Below are positions 26,634-33,165 of a stretch of 37,874 bases of DNA, one piece after another. Origin of the DNA: an uncultured Methanosarcinales archaeon (GTDB taxonomy: Archaea > Nanobdellota > Nanobdellia > Woesearchaeales > GW2011-AR9); NCBI GenBank assembly GCA_964362485.1, contig CAYIEX010000001.1, positions 1 to 37,874 on the forward strand, given 5' to 3'. Under the pieces are notes generated by a model. That model saw only the letters and a list, made by a program, of their open reading frames with translations. It ran no database searches and had not been told where the DNA came from. The translations under genes were made by a program, and so were the position numbers. Position 1 is the stretch's first letter. Every line of letters starts with the position of its first letter.

Positions 26634-27201
26634 ATTGAAAAAGAAGGCAAAGCAATATCCCGCGATAGAAGATATCATCCTCTTTGGTTCTTTTGTAAGA
26701 GGAAAGACGAAACCCCAGGATGTTGATGTACTTTTGATTTTTCAGATTGTAGTGGATAAAGAAGTCGAGTATACTATTAGGAAAGTCCTAGAAAAATTTT
26801 ATCCAAATTTATCATTACTTTCCAAGACTATCAAAACGGTACAAGATCCTGCATTTGATGCTCGTGAGAGTATTCTTTTTGAGGGGATTAGTCTTTTGGA
26901 TGGAGTGTATTATTGTTCTAAATATGGATTTTCGGCACGGGGAATGTTTCGCTACGAGTTTAAGAATTGGAGCAGCTTGCAAAGAACAAAATTTTATCAT
27001 GCGTTTAATGGGAGGCGATCAACGAAGGGTATTGTTGATAGGACACAATCCATCAAACTTTCTGATAAAGTGGTCCTTGTACCCGTTGAGAATATTGAAT
27101 TATTTAAAGAATTCTTAGAGTCGTGGGGGTTAGAGTATAGCTATATTCCGTTATTGCTACCCAAGAGGTTGGATAGAAAGGATCTTTTGATGATGGTGTA
27201 G
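26605..27201 (+). CDS. Nucleotidyltransferase-domain protein (MNT-like N-terminus plus ~110-aa extra C-terminal region)
   Basis: LFGSFVRGKTKPQDVDVLLIF is the pol-beta-type G[SG]..RG..(n)D.D motif. The ORF overlaps the HEPN-like ORF by 29 nt. Confidence 0.7.
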   Translation: MLHNTKLINELKKKAKQYPAIEDIILFGSFVRGKTKPQDVDVLLIFQIVVDKEVEYTIRKVLEKFYPNLSLLSKTIKTVQDPAFDARESILFEGISLLDGVYYCSKYGFSARGMFRYEFKNWSSLQRTKFYHAFNGRRSTKGIVDRTQSIKLSDKVVLVPVENIELFKEFLESWGLEYSYIPLLLPKRLDRKDLLMMV

Positions 27202-27293
27202 GTTAATGGCTAGAGGGATTTTTTACTCATCGATTTGGAACCTGATGGTGATGCAAGCAGCGGGGTATCATACCCAAACAAGAAATAAAGTTT

Positions 27294-27668
27294 TTATTTT
27301 CCACTACGATCAATTCCAAAATGGATTGAAACTCCTTCTGCTTCTAAACCATATGATTTTGAGCAATATGAAAATAAGTCTCGAGTAGGAATCTTTTCAT
27401 CTTCAAGTGCGTTTTTTATCCGATACATTAGACTATCGTGATCTAGGGTATCTAAACTTGGATGTAATGTAGCTTCGATATTTAATTCACGTTGCTTATT
27501 AACTTCAAGTATAGGACCACGAAAATAAAGAGTAGTGTAATCTATTACCACATTGGTGACTACTTTACTATCCAGAGAGAGCATTTTTCCGATAAGATCA
27601 AGCTGATTATCACTAAACTGAAGGTCATGAAGTATCCTACGGCCTGCGAGTTGTTGATAGGTAGACAT
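27294..27668 (-). CDS. Hypothetical protein
   Basis: 124-aa ORF. No recognisable motif. Confidence 0.45.
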   Translation of the reverse strand: MSTYQQLAGRRILHDLQFSDNQLDLIGKMLSLDSKVVTNVVIDYTTLYFRGPILEVNKQRELNIEATLHPSLDTLDHDSLMYRIKNALEDEKIPTRDLFSYCSKSYGLEAEGVSIHFGIDRSGK

Positions 27669-27746
27669 ACATCAAATATCATTGAAGAAGAGATATAAAT
27701 ATGATTGTAACTAGATTATTATAACTAAATATGGATATTGAAATAA

Positions 27747-28403
27747 TTATAGGAGGCGGTCTATTTGTAAACGATGGAAGTAGTAGTCGGTTTTGCAGAC
27801 TAGAGGAAAATCTTTCTTACCGTCTACTTGCATAATTTCTTTATTGCCGCTTTCATCATAGACGTATACATTGTCCCAGTCCTTTGGTTCTACTCTACGT
27901 GTTCCGCCATGGGATACATCTTGAGTAATTGTTCCCAAGATTCCAAACCCGGCAATGATTCCGGTAACTTGGGGGACGATTTTTCCTTCTTTGGCAGATT
28001 CGTCAAAGAAAAGAACTTCTCGTAAAGGTAGAACAATGAGATCAGACTCGGCAGAAGGAGATGAGGTGTATTCACTCCAGCGTTGAGGTTCTGTTGGAAA
28101 AAAACCATCAGAATACGCGAAGTGATGGTGTTCACCAATGTCAGGAACTTTACAGGCAAGGACAATTTTTCCAAATCCACAATCCAGTTCGTATTCAGTG
28201 GTTTTGCCGATTCGGAATGTTTCCCTCGTTCTGCCTCGATCAAGATACTCTATTTTTGATGCAAGATCAGTTGGTTCTTCTCCTACGTAGGATTCAACTG
28301 TATAGACTCTCCAAAAATCTTGCAGCAGTTGATAGAGTTCTGCATGCGACTGGATGTATTCTTTAAGTTGTGTCCAGCGTTCGAAATTGTTGAAGGGTTC
28401 CAT
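27747..28403 (-). CDS. Hypothetical protein
   Basis: The ORF track starts at GTG 28427. The first ATG (MEPFNNFERW) is at 28403. No recognisable motif. Confidence 0.5.
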   Translation of the reverse strand: MEPFNNFERWTQLKEYIQSHAELYQLLQDFWRVYTVESYVGEEPTDLASKIEYLDRGRTRETFRIGKTTEYELDCGFGKIVLACKVPDIGEHHHFAYSDGFFPTEPQRWSEYTSSPSAESDLIVLPLREVLFFDESAKEGKIVPQVTGIIAGFGILGTITQDVSHGGTRRVEPKDWDNVYVYDESGNKEIMQVDGKKDFPLVCKTDYYFHRLQIDRLL

Positions 28404-28656
28404 GGAAGGGAGAGAACATCTAATCACTGTAGATACAAAAATATGGTTTTTATTTGTTTTTATTTAAGAGTATTGGGGATTTTTTATGATTATGGGGATA
28501 CTTGGTGATGTGATATCGGGGGAATATCTAAAGGATATTTACTAGCTATAATTGATAAATTAAGGTGTAGGAACAGTTATTTCTTAATACCTCATTGAAG
28601 TCATCATTTCCTAGTGGGAGAAAAGATTGATATACCAAATTACCTATTTATGGGAC

Positions 28657-28947
28657 ATGGCTACTACTTTTCTTGATATGAAAGAACCGCAGGCGTATGA
28701 TGCCACTAGTCGTCAGTCGGCACCACCGCAATATCTGAGAGATCTTGAACAAGCCGTTCGAGAGTCAACCGCGCGATTTCGTGCCGATCCTGATGCGCTG
28801 AACGAGGCACTGGCGTGGATTGCTGAGACAGACATTCCGTATGATGATGAGCGATTTTTTGGCTACGCGCTCACTAATGATCTCAACCCGATTCGATATA
28901 AGGAACGATTATTCGACACCACAAATGATCCAAATGAAGGGAGTTGA
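28657..28947 (+). CDS. Hypothetical small protein, locally GC-rich
   Basis: The track start is TTG 28627. In-frame ATGs lie at 28657 and 28678. ACCTATTTAT at 28640-28649 would favour a leaderless start at 28678. A hand count of 28687-28836 gives 84/150 G+C. Confidence 0.45.
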   Translation: MATTFLDMKEPQAYDATSRQSAPPQYLRDLEQAVRESTARFRADPDALNEALAWIAETDIPYDDERFFGYALTNDLNPIRYKERLFDTTNDPNEGS

Positions 28948-29013
28948 AGACCAATGCAGAAATCACATCTAGATGCAAATCACAGCATTATTAAATTTAT
29001 TTTAGAGAAAAGA

Positions 29014-30876
29014 TTATTGTGATTTCTCAAATATCCAACCATTATTATTGTCTTTAGTTTTGATGCCGGGGGCTTCTAAAAATCGGAAACCAGCGTCTTC
29101 TAAATAATGAAATACTTGAGAGTTACAACCAAATACAATACTGCCGGGTTTTGATGCGCGGAATAATTCAACAGCTAATGCTGCAGAATACGACGAGCCT
29201 TTATTTAATAATATACTTTCATCTATCCCATTAATACTAAAGCCATAAATGTCAGACGTTAGCCGGGAAGCGAAATCTAACATATCTGCTCTCACAGCTT
29301 GGACGTCAAGATTCGTAAATTCTGGAGGATTAGCTTTACGATAGTTATTTATCATTCTAGCAATATCCCCTACACTTTGTGATACATCCTCCATGCCACT
29401 ATAACCAACATTATACTTATCAACTCCAATATATGTTGGGATTCCTAGCTGTTGCGCAACTTTAAGCATGGTTGAATTTCTAGAAAGATCTCCACAACCT
29501 AAATCAACTAAAATTGTCTTTGGCAGTCGCTCTTTCATGAACGCATATAATTCTTCTTTATCAGAATTCACTAAGCGTGATACATCTGATTTTTTCCTTG
29601 GAGAAATAATAAAATCCCAGCATTGAGAATAAGGGGTAGAGTTTCCAGCAGCAATCTGTGACTCGCGTTTACTATTAATCATTGTACTTTTGATAACCAC
29701 ATCTAATTTTTCCCGTTGAGGATTTTGAAATCCGACCAAACTACGGATATCGATATTTGATTGAGGAATATCATCAGGACTAGCACGAATACTTACCTTT
29801 GTTTGTGGAGAAGGTCTTCGCATGAATTCACTTAACTTGAACGGACTGCCTGGTGTTGATGCAACATGCATCCAATCATTTGGCAGGAAACAAAGCCGGG
29901 GGGAATAACTTGCAAAATTGGGTATTACGCGTCCATTTGAGATATTATCAACATCCCCAATATGAATTCCATTGAAGAATAAGGCAACATTATCCTCTAA
30001 TGCATCATAATCTTCTCCTTTTTTAAATGAGATTTTTCCAACACGTAACTGTTCAACAATGTTTTCATGAAAATGAGAATATGGTCCTCGAAGTGCTGCA
30101 CCATACATTGCTGAGCAAAGACCGTCTATATTGGTAAATGTAGCTTCGTTCTCAGCGGAAAAATCGTAGCCACCAATTTTTTTAGCTAAATCAAATAAGC
30201 CCGTGATAAAATGAAATGGATTGAATAAATAATTAACCATTGAAGCAGTCCCTGTTCCCTCAGCGAAGACATACTTTAGTTGGTTGTATTCCAATGTCGC
30301 AGCCTGCGCGCCAAGTAATTGGCCGATGACAAGAGGTGCCAAGAAACTTTCTCTAATACGGTATAGAACTGCTTGTTTGATGGGATTTTCCACAGCTTCT
30401 TTCCGAGAAATACTCATTTTATTTTTATGAGGCAATCTTAATTCTAGATCTGAGTTACTCTCATCTTCCAATAAAAGAAGAGCAGTTGATGAGTTTGTTA
30501 GTTGCAAGCTTGGGGCTGCTCGCTCGCGTTCTAATGAACTTGCCTCTGATTCAACAAGGATACGTAAAGCATTTCTCTGTTCCGCAGTGAGTACAGGCGC
30601 ACTGCCCCTATAATTCTCGGATAAAGCTTGATAGGAAGTAACTCGTCCACCTTCTAATGCAACATGACGTTCCATCCAAGCCAAACGTTCATCCAAACTA
30701 ACTGGTCCAAGAAGGTGAAGAATATCCTCCTTAAAAACAGAGTGATGGGTAAGACCCCATGCCCAGCTAAGAAGACTCATTCCGCCCTTACCAGAGGCAT
30801 CATAACGGTGGAGCCAATGCATAGCTTGAGTTGCACATAATTTATCCAAATCAACTCGGGTGAGATCATTAGCCAT
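29014..30876 (-). CDS. Large hypothetical protein with a C-terminal class I SAM-methyltransferase-like domain
   Basis: 620 aa. The C-terminal ~170 aa contain ILVDLGCGD (motif I-like), VRADMLDF and SKPGSIVFG. The N-terminal ~440 aa are unassigned. The TATA-like cttaaataat lies 20-28 nt upstream of the ATG. Confidence 0.55.
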   Translation of the reverse strand: MANDLTRVDLDKLCATQAMHWLHRYDASGKGGMSLLSWAWGLTHHSVFKEDILHLLGPVSLDERLAWMERHVALEGGRVTSYQALSENYRGSAPVLTAEQRNALRILVESEASSLERERAAPSLQLTNSSTALLLLEDESNSDLELRLPHKNKMSISRKEAVENPIKQAVLYRIRESFLAPLVIGQLLGAQAATLEYNQLKYVFAEGTGTASMVNYLFNPFHFITGLFDLAKKIGGYDFSAENEATFTNIDGLCSAMYGAALRGPYSHFHENIVEQLRVGKISFKKGEDYDALEDNVALFFNGIHIGDVDNISNGRVIPNFASYSPRLCFLPNDWMHVASTPGSPFKLSEFMRRPSPQTKVSIRASPDDIPQSNIDIRSLVGFQNPQREKLDVVIKSTMINSKRESQIAAGNSTPYSQCWDFIISPRKKSDVSRLVNSDKEELYAFMKERLPKTILVDLGCGDLSRNSTMLKVAQQLGIPTYIGVDKYNVGYSGMEDVSQSVGDIARMINNYRKANPPEFTNLDVQAVRADMLDFASRLTSDIYGFSINGIDESILLNKGSSYSAALAVELFRASKPGSIVFGCNSQVFHYLEDAGFRFLEAPGIKTKDNNNGWIFEKSQ

Positions 30877-31016
30877 AGGGATGAAAAATGAGTATTATTT
30901 AAGAATGTTGCCCCATTAAAGTAGTATCTTCTCTCTGTCGCGAGGTGATACTGTTTGAAGATTTCTAGTTTAGTGGGGACCTTATCTCTAATGATAGTAA
31001 AACGCCCCCGCCGAGA

Positions 31017-31048
31017 ATTTCGTACAGCATCGACGACCGATTACTGAT
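31017..31048 (-). other. 32-nt T-loop intron (59/60) of tRNA-Glu(CUC)
   Basis: Removing ATCAGTAATCGGTCGTCGATGCTGTACGAAAT restores the T-loop TTCAAAT. The BHB is relaxed: TTCA/CGAA with one A.C mismatch, and bulges AA|A and AT|T. Confidence 0.55.
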
Positions 31049-31089
31049 TTTGAACTCGGGTCCCAACCGTGAGAGGGTTGTATGATAGT

Positions 31090-31120
31090 TTGTCCATACG
31101 TTTGATTTCTCAATTGTATT
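31090..31120 (-). other. 31-nt D-loop intron of tRNA-Glu(CUC)
   Basis: BHB-like fold. The central helix GTCC (D-loop)/GGAC (intron 3' end) is flanked by the bulges GG|A and AA|A, with inner helix ATAC/GTAT. Confidence 0.6.
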
Positions 31121-31163
31121 CCGGACTACACCACAGGGGCACTATGTAGCTCCTTTTTGGGGT

Positions 31164-31173
31164 ATTTTAAAAC
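31164..31173 (-). promoter_or_regulatory. TATA box of tRNA-Glu(CUC)
   Basis: The minus strand reads GTTTTAAAAT, 24-33 nt upstream of the tRNA 5' end. Confidence 0.55.
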
Positions 31174-31309
31174 CTTTTTGGTTTAGATGATGTTTTTAAC
31201 AGCAAAATGTGAGAGGGGATAGTCTTTCGAAATATTTAGAATGACGTCAATTCAATACTACTTTTAGATGATAAACTAGGCAAATCTTATAAAATAAATC
31301 TCTTCTTGA

Positions 31310-32344
31310 ATGAAAATGACCATTTTTGATCATGGGACTGGACCTTATCTTAAAGCAATGTGGGGAGCGGCTCCTTGCGGATTGGATTTAGAGGAAAGGT
31401 TGCACTGCATTGGAGATCGGCTCCCTCTCAAGAGCCCCGCTGTTCACATAGAAAGTTATACTGGATTTAAGCACGTGGGAACCTCATTGGTCAATACGAT
31501 CGTATCGTATTCCCGGGAACCGGAATTCTCTTCAGAGTTTTATAATCTTACAAACATGCCTTCTTTACATGGCTATACAACAGTAGTCCTTGTACTAAGA
31601 AGTAATTCTAAAGTGGCATTGGAAACTGAATTTGTAAAAGTAAAAGAGGCATTTTATGAAATTATTGATCTTCCTATTCAACCCCTGATAATTCCATCAC
31701 TGAAAAGATCCCTAGAAGCGCAAACGAATGCATTCCAAATATCGTGCCAATTCTTTGAGAGATATAAACAACTCTATGACAATTTAAATGATCGGCGTGA
31801 AGTGCCATTAAAACCACTGAGAGATGGACCTTTGATAATTGGAATTGAGGAGATCTTTAGGGATATCGGTAGACCATTTAACAAAGACAGTTATAATTTC
31901 CATCTTACAAATAGAGTGGAAGGAACGTATGAAGGAAGACGAACAAGTTTAAGTCTTTTAACATCGACAGGGAAATCACTTTCCACAAGCCCCTCTTTGT
32001 ATGGAGTCGTTTTGTCTAGTACCACAGGGGATATGTGTCCCACATGCGACGAGGAATTTTGTGATCCTCGACGTTCATATGTTTCTTTTCTTTTAACCCC
32101 CGAATTGGTAACAGTGTTAGGTTCAACACTGAATCCAATATCTATTCCAAGCGATATGTCTTTGCGAATAGGACATCGATTTAACCCCAATGCAGTTGGT
32201 GCCCACTTGGTACAATTACAGATGTTACCACTAGAGAAAAAACAAGAAATAGTGGATACAGCCCGTAGATTTGGACGAGTTTATTCTCAAGAGCACCGTG
32301 ATGAGCTTCTTGCCCTTGCTAATCAGGTTATTAACGTATGTTAA
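31310..32344 (+). CDS. Hypothetical protein
   Basis: 344-aa ORF between the two tRNA-Glu genes. The TATA-like cttataaaat lies about 20 nt upstream of the ATG. No recognisable motif. Confidence 0.5.
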   Translation: MKMTIFDHGTGPYLKAMWGAAPCGLDLEERLHCIGDRLPLKSPAVHIESYTGFKHVGTSLVNTIVSYSREPEFSSEFYNLTNMPSLHGYTTVVLVLRSNSKVALETEFVKVKEAFYEIIDLPIQPLIIPSLKRSLEAQTNAFQISCQFFERYKQLYDNLNDRREVPLKPLRDGPLIIGIEEIFRDIGRPFNKDSYNFHLTNRVEGTYEGRRTSLSLLTSTGKSLSTSPSLYGVVLSSTTGDMCPTCDEEFCDPRRSYVSFLLTPELVTVLGSTLNPISIPSDMSLRIGHRFNPNAVGAHLVQLQMLPLEKKQEIVDTARRFGRVYSQEHRDELLALANQVINVC

Positions 32345-32388
32345 AATGCGCTAGAACACAAACACCACAAAGAGATATAAAGAAAAGA

Positions 32389-32538
32389 CGCTCCCGCCGG
32401 GATTCGAACCCGGGTCACAGCCTCGAAAGGGCCGTATGATAGTTTGTCCAAATCTGGGCAGTTTTCTAGTCGCGGTGGGTTTTAACCCGCCACTTTGATT
32501 AAACCTTCCCAAAGTTTACCGGACTACACTACAGGAGC
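32389..32538 (-). tRNA. tRNA-Glu(UUC) with a 75-nt non-canonical D-loop intron
   Basis: The exons (32538-32519 and 32443-32389) join to a 75-nt cloverleaf. It has acceptor GCTCCTG/CGGGAGC, D arm GTGT-AGTCCGGACTA-TCAT, anticodon arm CGGCC-CTTTCGA-GGCTG and T arm CCGGG-TTCGAAT-CCCGG. Confidence 0.75.
32444..32518 (-). other. 75-nt D-loop intron of tRNA-Glu(UUC)
   Basis: The insertion point and central helix (GTCC/GGAC) are the same as in tRNA-Glu(CUC), with bulges GG|T and AA|A. The inner helix is AAA/TTT plus TTTGGG/CCCAGA. There is an internal hairpin GUGGCGGG-UUAAAA-CCCACCGC with one C.A mismatch. Confidence 0.6.
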
Positions 32539-32561
32539 ATAGAATGCAAAAACGACCTTTG

Positions 32562-32570
32562 ATTTAAAAA
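32562..32570 (-). promoter_or_regulatory. TATA box of tRNA-Glu(UUC)
   Basis: The minus strand reads TTTTTAAAT, 24-32 nt upstream of the tRNA 5' end. Confidence 0.55.
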
Positions 32571-32585
32571 GGTTTGGTTTGATTC

Positions 32586-32622
32586 GACAATGTAGGTCAA
32601 TAGTCGATTGACAGCAATTGTC
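32586..32622. repeat. 37-nt nested palindrome
   Basis: GACAAT-gtag-GTCAAT-agtcg-ATTGAC-agca-ATTGTC forms two concentric 6-bp inverted repeats. Confidence 0.85.
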
Positions 32623-32635
32623 TCCCTATACTGAT

Positions 32636-32666
32636 TACAACCCTCGCTACAACCCTCGGCACAACC
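32636..32666. repeat. Tandem 12-nt repeat, about 2.6 copies
   Basis: TACAACCCTCGC TACAACCCTCGG CACAACC, read directly from the sequence. Confidence 0.85.
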
Positions 32667-32814
32667 ATTTGATCTTACAGCATGAGAATTCAATAACAAG
32701 GTTAAATTGTACTGAAGGAATGTTACATTGTATCAAAAGTCTGAAATTTTTGTACTACATTTTGTCTGCTTGTATAACACAAAGGTTAAATAGCATTGAA
32801 AGACTCTTTTAACT

Positions 32815-33165
32815 ATGCAAGATAGAATTACACTGGGCCTTACTGAAAAGATTACTCTAATTGGGAAAAATAACAAACATAAAGAGGTTATTGCTCGGGT
32901 TGATACTGGAGCGACCGGGTCATCACTGGATAGCGCTGTCGCTGAGGAATTAGGGCTGGGACCGATTTTGAAGCATAAAACAATTCGTTCGGCGTCTGGC
33001 ACGAAAACAAGACCTGTAATTCACGTTACAATTGAGATGCATGGGAGGGTTCTCCAAGAGGAGTTTACTATTATTGATCGGGCTCACATGAAATATACTA
33101 CTCTTATTGGACAAGATATATTAAAAAAGGAACGGTTTTTAATTGACCCGTTGAAGAAAATATGA
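32815..33165 (+). CDS. Retropepsin-like aspartic protease domain protein (RimK-associated, 'ATP-dependent zinc protease' family)
   Basis: 116 aa with the ARVDTGATGSSL active-site-like motif and TLIGQDIL near the C-terminus. It sits immediately upstream of, and overlapping, a RimK-type ligase. The TATA-like ggttaaatag is centred about 28 nt upstream. Confidence 0.65.
   Translation: MQDRITLGLTEKITLIGKNNKHKEVIARVDTGATGSSLDSAVAEELGLGPILKHKTIRSASGTKTRPVIHVTIEMHGRVLQEEFTIIDRAHMKYTTLIGQDILKKERFLIDPLKKI

Larger units (their letters stand above)
31003..31140 (-). tRNA. tRNA-Glu(CUC) with two non-canonical introns (D-loop and T-loop)
   Basis: The exons (31140-31121, 31089-31049, 31016-31003) join to a 75-nt cloverleaf. 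It has acceptor GCCCCTG/CGGGGGC, D arm GTGT-AGTCCGGACTA-TCAT, anticodon arm CAACC-CTCTCAC-GGTTG, a 4-nt variable loop and T arm CCGAG-TTCAAAT-CTCGG. Confidence 0.75.

Noticed and set aside
32444-32518. Intron-encoded C/D-box guide RNA in the 75-nt tRNA-Glu intron (as in some archaeal tRNA-Trp introns)
   Set aside because: The intron contains no RUGAUGA or CUGA boxes.
31003-32538. The two tRNA-Glu genes as attL/attR of an integrated element carrying the 344-aa ORF
   Set aside because: Both genes are complete and are different isoacceptors (CUC versus UUC) with different acceptor stems. The shared 17-nt string is an internal exon/intron junction, not a duplicated 3' half. There is no integrase.
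32618-32812. 64-aa ORF (TTG start) in the tRNA-Glu/rimK spacer, and the 62-aa ORF at 36720-36908
   Set aside because: Both lie in repeat- or hairpin-rich intergenic DNA, lack ATG starts or sensible promoter spacing, and have odd composition (YNPRYNPRHN is just the translated tandem repeat; the other is highly basic). They are more likely non-coding.
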